A stretch of DNA of 64,000 nt from the IMG/VR virus record IMGVR_UViG_3300044824_000100, positions 1 through 64,000 of that record; one strand, written 5' to 3'. Shown piece after piece: positions 43,899-53,212 of this stretch. The notes beneath the pieces are model-generated. The model was given only the letters and a program-made list of their open reading frames with translations. It had not been told where the DNA came from and searched no databases. Both the position numbers and the translations under genes were made by a program. Origin of the DNA: a virus. Lineage: Duplodnaviria; Heunggongvirae; Uroviricota; Caudoviricetes. How positions within the stretch are numbered: the first letter of the stretch is position 1; the number at the start of each line of letters is the position of its first letter.

Positions 43899-44117
43899 AT
43901 GCTAGCACCACATCAGCAATTTCCAGCCACTTCTAAGTGGCCACCTAAGCCAACTATAGAGGAAGAGTACCTTCTCAACTGGGGAGGGCGCTTTTTCCTT
44001 CTCGGCAGTAACTATCCATTGTCTCGTCTTATGATCTTACTGATAAAGATGGAAGTGGTGGACGGCTGCACCGACATGAATAGGATCTTACTTATGAACG
44101 GAAGGACGATGGAGTAG
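43899..44117 (+). CDS. small ORF of family
   Basis: LSRLMILLIKMEV. Confidence 0.3.
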   Translation: MLAPHQQFPATSKWPPKPTIEEEYLLNWGGRFFLLGSNYPLSRLMILLIKMEVVDGCTDMNRILLMNGRTME

Positions 44118-44338
44118 TGGACATAGGAGATAGACGACTAGGTCTGCTTATGCTTCTCGTTAGGCTCGACGTCCTGGGCATAAGGAAGGTGAGCTACAGC
44201 CACCTGTCGCAGATGATAAATCCACAACCTGACCCGCCATGCAGCATACCTTGTGCCTTGGTGAACCTATCTAAGGAATTTATGCAATTCGTTCCCAAGG
44301 CTAAGTACAAGGGAGAGGACTGGTATAACCCACCATGA
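44117..44338 (+). CDS. small ORF of family
   Basis: RRLGLLMLLVRLDVLGIRKV. Confidence 0.35.
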   Translation: MDIGDRRLGLLMLLVRLDVLGIRKVSYSHLSQMINPQPDPPCSIPCALVNLSKEFMQFVPKAKYKGEDWYNPP

Positions 44339-44541
44339 TTGATCTACCATCTACTAAGCATGGCCTGTACCACAGCTGTGCCTACTGTCAATATCATACC
44401 AGCATGAACCATATCATACCAAGCGTTCGCGCGCACGGTTTTATAGCCGCGTTCAACCTGTTGCATCTTCTTCGTACGCTCAACGTAGGGAATGCTATCG
44501 ATAACCGCAACAATATCTTGCTCACCTCTGGAGCTATATAG
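44335..44541 (+). CDS. small ORF of family
   Basis: AAFNLLHLLRTLNVGNA. Confidence 0.3.
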   Translation: MIDLPSTKHGLYHSCAYCQYHTSMNHIIPSVRAHGFIAAFNLLHLLRTLNVGNAIDNRNNILLTSGAI

Positions 44542-44676
44542 ATGAATACTACTCCTTTGAGCGCTTACGCCCTGCTTGAACTACTGACGGACCTTGGCAT
44601 AAGGAGTGCTTTGTACGTACATGGCGAAGAAGTTCAAGAGTTCATTATAAGTCACGGATCCTGGGAGTCAGTGTGA
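44542..44676 (+). CDS. small ORF of family (44 aa)
   Basis: AYALLELLTDLGIRSALYV. Confidence 0.35.
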   Translation: MNTTPLSAYALLELLTDLGIRSALYVHGEEVQEFIISHGSWESV

Positions 44677-44906
44677 GCATGTTTCCATCGTACGGTGAGA
44701 TAGGCAAAAAAGAAAAGGCCCGCGACGACCTTAATACCCTACTACGTAGACTTGGTATCCGCTCAGCAAGGTCGTCATACTTTGGTGGGGCTCTATCTGA
44801 AGCTGAACTGCAGGCTGCATTCAACAGGATACAAAGTGATTACGGGAAGCCAGATTGTTTCATGATGGATGCACAGACGTTGGCTGCTATGAAGAACCTT
44901 AAGTAG
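44673..44906 (+). CDS. small ORF of family
   Basis: DLNTLLRRLGIRSARSSY; the GIRS codons differ from other members, so conservation is at the protein level. Confidence 0.4.
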   Translation: MSMFPSYGEIGKKEKARDDLNTLLRRLGIRSARSSYFGGALSEAELQAAFNRIQSDYGKPDCFMMDAQTLAAMKNLK

Positions 44907-44907
44907 C

Positions 44908-45198
44908 TCAGTCCGTACCGCGTAGATGATGTCTTCTGGAAATTCTTCCGAACACCTTTTCTAACAGTTCTTCTTGGCAAATCTTGGTTTTGTCGCTGCT
45001 GTATCCATCCTTCACTACAGAGTAGTCAGCCCCAGTGAAGTCGTGTATGGTGTAATCGCCAAATACGTCCCCGCCATCTTCCACGGCCTTCTCGGTGTGG
45101 GCGCTTAGATGACCAATCACTCTCAGCCTTTGCAACATCTTGAATAGCTGGTAGGTGGAGGAAACCTGATCTGCGGTGAGTTTCGAATAGAATGTCAC
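44908..45198 (-). CDS. hypothetical protein (possible divergent family member)
   Basis: TYQLFKMLQRLRVIGHLS. Confidence 0.35.
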   Translation of the reverse strand: MTFYSKLTADQVSSTYQLFKMLQRLRVIGHLSAHTEKAVEDGGDVFGDYTIHDFTGADYSVVKDGYSSDKTKICQEELLEKVFGRISRRHHLRGTD

Positions 45199-45401
45199 TT
45201 CTGCTTTATACTATAGACCCTTGGATGGTTGTATAGTAGAGTGCGTATAAAATTCCTCAGCTCGATACGGTAGAAAAGGGCAACAAGCTCCTTATGTTCC
45301 TTCTTGACGTCGACCTTGTCTATACGGCTTTCCATATGACTTCCTTTGCTGAGGGTGTGGAAAATAGCAGAGGCGACTATGGTTAGAACTAAGTTTAACA
45401 T
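45195..45401 (-). CDS. hypothetical small membrane protein
   Basis: N-terminal TM. Confidence 0.3.
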   Translation of the reverse strand: MLNLVLTIVASAIFHTLSKGSHMESRIDKVDVKKEHKELVALFYRIELRNFIRTLLYNHPRVYSIKQK

Positions 45402-45575
45402 ACATCCTCCTCGGCCAGATCACTGAGCGTGACCGTATATCTATCTTAACATTTTATTGAGTTAACGCTTGGGGGATTCTGTCTCTGAAGCGTTCAGGAT
45501 GGAGAAGTTTTTGAACGAAGACTACTAGGAATGCTCTATCTAATTCTTTAACCCACTCTTCATGTATTTGGGTAC

Positions 45576-45827
45576 TTATTTTTTGTCCCATTTGAAATCT
45601 TTCTTAATATCCTCTACCTCAACCTCGTTATCGATGAGGTAATGATGCGCCAGAACATCTTGCGCCATCTTCAATCTCTGTTCCCGACTTGGAGGTATCG
45701 GGTTTAGGAACTCAGGCAAGCATATAGCGCGGAATGGACATCTCTCGCAGCGCTTGGAGCTCATGCAGTGCCCATCTGTGGACGCTATCTCCTCTAGGAT
45801 ATTCTTGTCGGAGGTGGAGAGTGCCAT
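45576..45827 (-). CDS. Cys-rich small protein, paralog of 45827..46075
   Basis: ILEEIASTDGHCMSSKRCERCPFRAIC. Confidence 0.4.
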   Translation of the reverse strand: MALSTSDKNILEEIASTDGHCMSSKRCERCPFRAICLPEFLNPIPPSREQRLKMAQDVLAHHYLIDNEVEVEDIKKDFKWDKK

Positions 45828-46075
45828 CAGTCAGCCTCGAATATCTTATCGACGGCTATATCGCCCAGTTTACTAGTAGCAGCTTCTTTATACTTTATAT
45901 CTGCCTCTTCTTCACTTAGGTTTTCTATGTTTAACGCTTCTACACAGCTCATGTATTTACCGTCATCTGACCTTATGAGGTTACCTAGGGGACAGCTTAT
46001 ACATACAGCGGGGGTTGCCCAGCAGCAACTACCCTCCTCGGCGATAATACGCTCAAGAATTTTCACACCATCCAT
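45827..46075 (-). CDS. Cys-rich small protein, paralog of 45576..45827
   Basis: ILERIIAEEGSCCWATPAVCISCPLGNL. Confidence 0.4.
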   Translation of the reverse strand: MDGVKILERIIAEEGSCCWATPAVCISCPLGNLIRSDDGKYMSCVEALNIENLSEEEADIKYKEAATSKLGDIAVDKIFEAD

Positions 46076-46140
46076 AGAATCGGATCTTCCTACCTTCTAT
46101 TGTACAGACGCTTCAGTTAGATGTTTAAACACGGTATAAT

Positions 46141-47058
46141 GTGAGTATGAAGTCATCTAAGTCTGGACAAGGAGGACCACCGTTCGTAAACACGGACGTT
46201 GTAAGTGGAAGAAACCCTCAACAGTCAGCAATAAGCGCGGTCAACCCACCTGCCATCCCGTCATATCCTCCTCCTGCCAAGTCGATTACCTCGACTCCCA
46301 GCGAGATGCCTGTTTATCAACCCGACTTCAGCATAAACGGAAACAACTTCGATCAACTAGTATCGCAGCGCGGTATCAGGATGATCCATGAGAAGGCAAC
46401 ACCATGCCCGAACATATTGACGCTTGACAGTAATGCTCACGAGCCAAACTGTCCCTTCTGCGACAACAACGGTTTTCTCTTCTATGGTAAGGAAGAGATC
46501 TTCGGGGTGTTCAGCGGCAACTCTATACAGAAGACGTTCGAAGCTCACGGTGTGTGGGAAGTTGGTACCGCAGTGGTTACATTGCCAACCCATTATCCTG
46601 ACGGTAGAGAGGCTGACTTCAATAGCTTTGATAGACTTGTGATACCTGACTTCACAGTGAGACTCTGGGAACTTAAAGAATACGAACCTAGACCTGGTAA
46701 CATCCAAGAACTTAGGTATCCTGTAAGAAGTGTAGACTACGTGTCCTCCATTTCCAAGGACGGTAAGACCGAGACACGCTACATGGTGAACGTAGATTTC
46801 ACTATCAATGCTGACGGCGAGATAGTGTGGATAGATGGTAGACAGCCATACTATAACCCACACACGCAGCACGGTGATGTGCTCACATGGGCATTCTACG
46901 CTGCTCCAGTCTACTTGGTAGTTCAAGTACTCCGCGAGCTGAGAGTTACCCAGGAAATGAACGCTAAGGGGCAGAAGGTAGCTAGGAAGCTCCCGCAGCA
47001 GGTTCTTGTGAAAAGAGATTTCTTGCCTACAGCTTCTGAAACCATAGTTAAAGCATGA
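46141..47058 (+). CDS. hypothetical protein (first gene of plus-strand structural block)
   Basis: 305 aa; Pro/Ser-rich N-terminus; position suggests virion/neck protein. Confidence 0.45.
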   Translation: MSMKSSKSGQGGPPFVNTDVVSGRNPQQSAISAVNPPAIPSYPPPAKSITSTPSEMPVYQPDFSINGNNFDQLVSQRGIRMIHEKATPCPNILTLDSNAHEPNCPFCDNNGFLFYGKEEIFGVFSGNSIQKTFEAHGVWEVGTAVVTLPTHYPDGREADFNSFDRLVIPDFTVRLWELKEYEPRPGNIQELRYPVRSVDYVSSISKDGKTETRYMVNVDFTINADGEIVWIDGRQPYYNPHTQHGDVLTWAFYAAPVYLVVQVLRELRVTQEMNAKGQKVARKLPQQVLVKRDFLPTASETIVKA

Positions 47059-47117
47059 TGTTAACTCTTAACTTAAGTTATAATGAGCATAGTAACGAAT
47101 TGGAGTTTTCTTAACTT

Positions 47118-48665
47118 ATGCCTCAAGCCGTCTCACGCAGACAATATAGAATGATGATGGCTATCGTGCACGGCAACGTGAAGGACGGTCCTCGCGGACG
47201 TCCTCCCAAGTCTGTCGCTGCTAAATACACCGATCCAGGTAAAGACGCTGCAGAATCCAAGCATAACGATCGCGGCGGAACGTGGGGCGAGAAGCACCAC
47301 AAGAAGAACAAAGAAAAAGTTCAAGCAGATCGCATCAGCAGGAAGAAGTCCAAGAAGGAACTTAAGAAATCCTTTGAAGAGTATATGGAGAAGAAGCACA
47401 AGACCAATAACTGTGCAGCTGTCCTAGTTATGGATCAGCACAATAGAATTCTCCTAGGAACTCACAATAAGGGTGGCTTAGCATTCCCTGGTGGGCACTG
47501 CCATGAAGATGAAGGCTTTGAACAGGGTGCTATCAGAGAGGCCAGCGAAGAAACTGGTTGTCCTGTAAGGATCAGCGCCGAGATATTCAGAGGCAAGACC
47601 AACGGAAACAACACTGTTGTATACCTAGGCGAAATCGTTCATGGGAAGCCTAAAAACACCAAGAGCGATCACGGCAAAGAATCTATGACCGATTGGAAGT
47701 GGCACGAGATGGATGAGATCCCGTGGAAAGAACTTCGCGACTGTTGCAGAGCTCCTATCAGCGACTTTGTATCCAAGAGATTTGGAAAGTCTCTAAAGGG
47801 TATGATCGCTATGGAGAAGTTAGAAAAGAACATCATCCGCCAGAAGTCTGACGCTGTGTTTGAAGTAACACACGGAGATGCGCTAAGGCTCGTTGGCAAC
47901 GGCATGTTCAGAACCCTGCGCAAAGTTGTAGCAGGTATGCAGGACGAAGAGTTTAAGGATGTACAGATTGATACGTACACCATGAGCATCAGGAGACACA
48001 TGAGCGACGTGTACTCCGGCAGACTTAACGACGGGCATAAGACAGTTTATCAGTTCACCAACAAGTCACTTCCTGAGTTAACCGCAGCCTTGATGAGCGT
48101 GTTCGAATGGTACATGCCGGAAGATGAAAAAGAATTGCACATGCTGGAAGATGCATCGATCGACGATGATGCTGTTCACGGTGGATTGAATCACCTTATT
48201 GAAGAATACAAGCGCCACAACATAGGCGACATCTACGAAGAGATGGAATCGATCCGTGAGACCATGCGTAACGGAATGGCCGTAGACCTTCAACAAATTG
48301 AAGGTCGAATCATGAGTTTATTTGATAAGCTAGAGACAGTAGTTCATGACGTTGCAGGTAAGCATAACCAGCTTGCACAAGCAGTGGGAAAAGACATAGA
48401 CGAGCTCGAAGCAAAACTCAGAGAGCTGCAGAGTAAGATAAGCGACGAGCCAAAGATGCCTCAAACAGTAGAAGCGTTCTCTGCAAATCCTGCCAACAAG
48501 GATAAAGTTCACGACGAGTACTACTCGTACTTGACCAAGCCAAAGATTGAGATTGCTCCAAACGGCAAGATCACTATATCATTTGCCCGTGACTGGCAAG
48601 ACGAAGAGAAATCTAACTTTCTACACGATATGAGAGCAAGGGTTATAAACAAGGCGGGCAAATAA
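47118..48665 (+). CDS. Nudix-hydrolase-domain protein with long coiled-coil C-terminal extension
   Basis: Nudix box GGHCHEDEGFEQGAIREASEETGC in residues about 115-140 of 515. Confidence 0.7.
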   Translation: MPQAVSRRQYRMMMAIVHGNVKDGPRGRPPKSVAAKYTDPGKDAAESKHNDRGGTWGEKHHKKNKEKVQADRISRKKSKKELKKSFEEYMEKKHKTNNCAAVLVMDQHNRILLGTHNKGGLAFPGGHCHEDEGFEQGAIREASEETGCPVRISAEIFRGKTNGNNTVVYLGEIVHGKPKNTKSDHGKESMTDWKWHEMDEIPWKELRDCCRAPISDFVSKRFGKSLKGMIAMEKLEKNIIRQKSDAVFEVTHGDALRLVGNGMFRTLRKVVAGMQDEEFKDVQIDTYTMSIRRHMSDVYSGRLNDGHKTVYQFTNKSLPELTAALMSVFEWYMPEDEKELHMLEDASIDDDAVHGGLNHLIEEYKRHNIGDIYEEMESIRETMRNGMAVDLQQIEGRIMSLFDKLETVVHDVAGKHNQLAQAVGKDIDELEAKLRELQSKISDEPKMPQTVEAFSANPANKDKVHDEYYSYLTKPKIEIAPNGKITISFARDWQDEEKSNFLHDMRARVINKAGK

Positions 48666-49306
48666 TGGCCAACATCTTGTTTGAACTTCAAAAATTAAGA
48701 CTCACCCTTAGAAACAAGGGATTGGATGCTCGAGCTATAGAGACAATAGTTAATAAGGCGGGTAGGGAAATAAGTGCCGTGTTCGAGGAACAAGGAGAAT
48801 CTGCTATGCAGCTTGCCGTTGAGGCGGGTGTTGCACAGAGAAGTCCCGAGTTCATCAATGAGCTACAAATAGATCCTACGGCCATGGAGATCACTACTGA
48901 ATCCGGTAATACTGAGTTCACAGATCCTCCATACCCAATGCTAAGCAGACTACTCCAGAATGCTAAACCTATGAAGGATGGATCCGGTGTATATAAGGTA
49001 ATCCCAGTGGGCGCATCTGGCGACAGCAGACCAAAGGTCTCCACTAATATATACGACGCCGTAAAGAAGGTTAGTGCTGAGCGCGCTGAGAATGCCAAGA
49101 GGCAATATAGTGCAATAGTACCAGGCGGCTCAAGAGCAACACAGTTTAGGACAGCGACAAGCAAGCAAGACGCAAACACGCAGTGGGTAAAGCCAGCAAA
49201 AACTAAAGACTTTACGTCTGACATGCAGTCAATCAATCAAGAGTTAGCAACAACCATGGACGAGAAGATCAGAGACATACTAAGAAGCTACGAGGACGGA
49301 TTCTAA
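48665..49306 (+). CDS. hypothetical (putative virion/morphogenesis) protein
   Basis: 213 aa, ATGG overlap with neighbours in tail module. Confidence 0.4.
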   Translation: MANILFELQKLRLTLRNKGLDARAIETIVNKAGREISAVFEEQGESAMQLAVEAGVAQRSPEFINELQIDPTAMEITTESGNTEFTDPPYPMLSRLLQNAKPMKDGSGVYKVIPVGASGDSRPKVSTNIYDAVKKVSAERAENAKRQYSAIVPGGSRATQFRTATSKQDANTQWVKPAKTKDFTSDMQSINQELATTMDEKIRDILRSYEDGF

Positions 49307-50070
49307 TGCCATTCGTCATGCCAGAAGTAGTTGTAAGAAGGTTGATTGACCTAGGAATAAAGGAGTTGAGGGCTGATAAGCGTGCCTTCGACGACCTGTT
49401 TCTGCAATTTGATGATCCTGAACTTAATGTCGACTTTGGTCCCGGATACAGAGATCAGATCTGGGAGTGGTTCACAACCACCAAGATACCTGTGGTTCAA
49501 GCTTGGAGCTTCAACGCTCAGAAGATACCATGCGTAAGCATCCACTTAGCTAACGAGACAGAGGATGAATCTAAGGCTGCTATGGATGACATAGCCGGAG
49601 TTGGCGAACATGCTGACATAGGGACAGCCGCATTTACAGTGATGGTTGATGTTGGAATTCATGTCGCAAAAGGTGGAGATCATGTTCTATGGTTGTATTA
49701 CATAGTGTCCTACATTCTGTTCAAGTATAAGCCCATAGCTGAGAGGTGGGGTCTGAAGCTTCAAACGTACAGTGCCTCGGATTACAGCAAGGATGCAGAC
49801 AAGGCAATGAACAACATCTGGACTAGGTGGGTTAGATTCAGGTGTACGACTCAGAACTTCTGGGAAGCAGACGCTCTAAGAAGGTTCGATCATGTTAACA
49901 CCAACCCTTCGATACAAGGTCCATTCTCTGAAGATGTGGCAACTAGCTTAGATGTTAAGCCATGTGCCGTCGATAGGAGAGCTAATAAGGGCGTCATAGC
50001 GGAGCCCGTTGGTGTAGCAGAGAACGACGAGTATTCAGGGCTCATAGACCCAGAAGATATAGACATTTAA
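49306..50070 (+). CDS. hypothetical (putative virion/morphogenesis) protein
   Basis: 254 aa. Confidence 0.4.
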   Translation: MPFVMPEVVVRRLIDLGIKELRADKRAFDDLFLQFDDPELNVDFGPGYRDQIWEWFTTTKIPVVQAWSFNAQKIPCVSIHLANETEDESKAAMDDIAGVGEHADIGTAAFTVMVDVGIHVAKGGDHVLWLYYIVSYILFKYKPIAERWGLKLQTYSASDYSKDADKAMNNIWTRWVRFRCTTQNFWEADALRRFDHVNTNPSIQGPFSEDVATSLDVKPCAVDRRANKGVIAEPVGVAENDEYSGLIDPEDIDI

Positions 50071-50107
50071 CCGCTTATACGAGTTAGTATTAAGCAAGGA
50101 GCAAAGT

Positions 50108-50323
50108 ATGGCAAGTAAGATAGAGAACGCAAAGCCTCAAGCAGCGCCTCAGCAGCCAAAAGTCGATTTCGACGCTTGGTGGGCTATGAACGAGAAGAAG
50201 ATCCCCGTGCAACACCGCAAGGAGATAATTCAGGCCGACTTCCGTGCTAGAGGATTGTCGACAAAAGAAACAATTCAGTCCTATAACGAGGGACTTAAAA
50301 AGTACGGTGTAAAACTCAAGTAA
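50108..50323 (+). CDS. small hypothetical protein
   Basis: 71 aa, AGGAGCAAAGT SD. Confidence 0.4.
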   Translation: MASKIENAKPQAAPQQPKVDFDAWWAMNEKKIPVQHRKEIIQADFRARGLSTKETIQSYNEGLKKYGVKLK

Positions 50324-50380
50324 CTAACTATAGCCACATGTTATAATTAGTGTTGACTTAACTGACTTAGGAGATTTGCC

Positions 50381-53212
50381 ATGGCAATCAATGTAACATT
50401 TAACGGAGCTACAATTTATAAGCCAGGTGCTTACTCTGAGGAGATCATCGACGTAAGCGGTGGCTTCCCTGTAGGACCAACTGGCCTGGTCGCCATCTTC
50501 GGCGAAGCAGTGTCGGGTCCTCCCGGATCTAGTATCTCCGATATCTCTACGAACTCGTACTCACCAGATCAACTTCCTGCGATTCAAGCACTATATGGAA
50601 GCGGTCCTATCGTGGACGCTTGCTCGTTTCTATTCGCACCTGGCGCAGACGGCGCTATCCCAGGCGGAGCGCAAACTGTATACATCTATAAGACCAATGC
50701 ATCTACGCAGGCTTCGCTAGCAATGGGAGGCAACTTCGGTACTCTCACGGCTCAAGCTTATGGCACCAGCGGAAACTTGATCACATATCAGGACGTGGCG
50801 GTTCCAGCTCAAGCAGCTCAAACTACTTCTACTGCATCATTCGATCTAACTGGTGCTCCATTCGATGCAATCGTAAGTGGATCGCCACACCTGAACGACG
50901 CACTTGCTCAGGAAGCACAAGCAAATGCCCTCTCTGCATATACAACCTTCGAAGGTGAAACAGCAACCCCAATCTCTGCGGTTCTTGACGGACAAACTCT
51001 TACTCCTGGCGTTTACAGCACTGGCGCAGCAAGCTTAGCAGCTTCCGGCGATGGAACACTCACCTTCAACGGTGCAGGTGTTTATGTCATTCAAACTGCA
51101 AGCACCTTAGTAACTGGTTCTGGTGGCATTCCAACTATGACCCTATCTGGCGGCGCGACTGCTGCTAACATCTTCTGGGTAGTTGGTTCTTCCGCAACCA
51201 TTAACTCTGGTTTCTCTGGAATCTTCCAAGGTAACGTGATCGCTCAGGCAAGTATTACTGATACTCTTGGCGGTACAGTGAATGGTAGCTTGATCGCATT
51301 AACAGGTGCAGTGACTTTCTCTGCAGCATCGACCGTGCATGCTCAGGCATCTTCTCAGTTGGGCGCTGCTAGTAGCTTTGCGGCACTAGCTGACAGCGCA
51401 ATCACAAACACTGGCGCAAGCTTCTTCTACGGAAACGTTGGAACAAGTCCCGGAACGTCCGTGACCTTAGGCGGTGGAACAATCGTCGCAGGCGCTGGAC
51501 TAACGATGGTACTTCGTCTAAACGGTGCAGCTGCATCGCTTGACAACACCTTCACTCTTCCTAGCGGAACAGTAACTAGAGCATTACTGCAAACTGCTCT
51601 TGCAAGTTCTGGTAACTGGTCTCTAGGTCTTCCTGCTGGAATGACCTTCACCGTTTCTGGCTCTTCGGATACTGCAGCGTTCCTAAACATTGCTCAATCC
51701 AATGGATCATCTCCAGGATATGGCATAAACTTTGACTTAGTGAGTGGAGCATTCCCTGCAGCAGTACATATTGCTCTGGGCCTTTACGCTGCTGAGACTG
51801 AAGGCATGTCGGTAATCACTATCAATAACACTGGCACTCTTACTACTGAGTCTGGTACTGTTGGTGGAACGATTGTCCTTAATCTTGGAAGAACCGGTGG
51901 CGGCAGCGTAGCTCCGATGGTTACAGTGAATTCTACGAGCCTATTGTTAATCAATAACTCTGTCATCGAATACACGATCCCATTGGCTAACTTCCCATCG
52001 CTGTACTCTCTAGTTCAGTTTATCAACGGCAGCACCGCTGGCAACTGGTCTGCAGCATTGCCAAGCACGCTAGTTGGTCAACTCCCTGCAACTTCTCTAG
52101 ATGAAGTTACAAACGTTGGTGCAAACGGCGCGAACGCAGCTCAGATCAAGAATGACGCATACTCCGTAGCACAGTTCTTCGTACAGAGTTCTAACGTAAC
52201 GCTTGCCCAGGCATCTGGACAAGGTGTTGTTGGTCTTCCACCTGCACAAGGTCCAACCTATCTTGCTGGTGGCAATCTCGGTGGAACGCAATCCGCTGAT
52301 ATCGTAAACGCATTGACGGCAATCCAAGCAGTTCACGTAAACTCGGTTGTACCTCTCTTCTCGAGAGATGCATCTCAGGACATCTTGGACTTGATCACTG
52401 ATCCAAGCTCGAACTACACTATCGATGCTATCCATCAGGCTGTCAAGACATTCCTAAGTCTACAAGCTACAACTAAGGCTCGTAACGAGTGCCAAGGCTA
52501 CTTGTCATTGCACGATACGTACCTCAACTGTAAGCTTGAGTCTCAGAACATGGCTGATGCCCGCATCCAGCTTGTAATCCAAGACATGTTGCAAGTCAAC
52601 TCGCTTGGTAACCTTGTGTGGTTCTTGCCTTGGGCAGGAGCATGCTTGCTAGCAGGTGCTCGTGGCGGTTCTCCAGTAGGACTTCCAATGACCTTCAAGT
52701 ACTTCAACACCTCTGGTATTCGCCAGACGGGTCAGTTGCTATCTACTCCTGAAGCTCAGATTGTCACGGACTTCAATCCTCAGACCCAGTACGACGACGC
52801 CATCATGAATGGCATCACCTTCTGGGAGAAGCCATCGACCGGTGGTTTCCGTCTGGTTGTGGATAACACCACGTACGGTGCTGACGCAAACTGGGTATAC
52901 AACCGTGCGAACGTGCTGTATGCTGCTGACGTCCTTGCTTATGACTTCCGCAACCAACTTGAGAATATCTATGTTGGTGCTAAGAACACAGTTTCTGCTG
53001 CAGAAGTTAAGTCTACCTGCGACAGCATCTTGACAAGCTACCTAGCTCAGGGCATCACGGTCTCAACGACCGATGCTCCTAGCGGCTATAAGCAGCTCGT
53101 TGTGCAAATAGTTGGTAACACTATTAATATTAGCGTCGTAGTTAAACTGGTGGAGGGCATAGATTTCGTTCTAGCTACCATCACGTTGCAGCGCGCAACA
53201 TCAAGCGCTTAA
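50381..53212 (+). CDS. contractile tail sheath protein
   Basis: 943 aa; C-terminal region NGITFWEKPSTGGFRLVVDNTTYGADANWVYNRANVLYAADVLAYDFRNQLENIYVG resembles conserved sheath C-terminal domain; followed by tube genes; GGAGATTTGCC SD. Confidence 0.75.
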   Translation: MAINVTFNGATIYKPGAYSEEIIDVSGGFPVGPTGLVAIFGEAVSGPPGSSISDISTNSYSPDQLPAIQALYGSGPIVDACSFLFAPGADGAIPGGAQTVYIYKTNASTQASLAMGGNFGTLTAQAYGTSGNLITYQDVAVPAQAAQTTSTASFDLTGAPFDAIVSGSPHLNDALAQEAQANALSAYTTFEGETATPISAVLDGQTLTPGVYSTGAASLAASGDGTLTFNGAGVYVIQTASTLVTGSGGIPTMTLSGGATAANIFWVVGSSATINSGFSGIFQGNVIAQASITDTLGGTVNGSLIALTGAVTFSAASTVHAQASSQLGAASSFAALADSAITNTGASFFYGNVGTSPGTSVTLGGGTIVAGAGLTMVLRLNGAAASLDNTFTLPSGTVTRALLQTALASSGNWSLGLPAGMTFTVSGSSDTAAFLNIAQSNGSSPGYGINFDLVSGAFPAAVHIALGLYAAETEGMSVITINNTGTLTTESGTVGGTIVLNLGRTGGGSVAPMVTVNSTSLLLINNSVIEYTIPLANFPSLYSLVQFINGSTAGNWSAALPSTLVGQLPATSLDEVTNVGANGANAAQIKNDAYSVAQFFVQSSNVTLAQASGQGVVGLPPAQGPTYLAGGNLGGTQSADIVNALTAIQAVHVNSVVPLFSRDASQDILDLITDPSSNYTIDAIHQAVKTFLSLQATTKARNECQGYLSLHDTYLNCKLESQNMADARIQLVIQDMLQVNSLGNLVWFLPWAGACLLAGARGGSPVGLPMTFKYFNTSGIRQTGQLLSTPEAQIVTDFNPQTQYDDAIMNGITFWEKPSTGGFRLVVDNTTYGADANWVYNRANVLYAADVLAYDFRNQLENIYVGAKNTVSAAEVKSTCDSILTSYLAQGITVSTTDAPSGYKQLVVQIVGNTINISVVVKLVEGIDFVLATITLQRATSSA

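Noticed and set aside
51427-53033. Short ORFs on both strands inside the sheath gene
   Set aside because: Embedded in the 943-aa sheath ORF. Pro/Arg-rich antisense artefacts.
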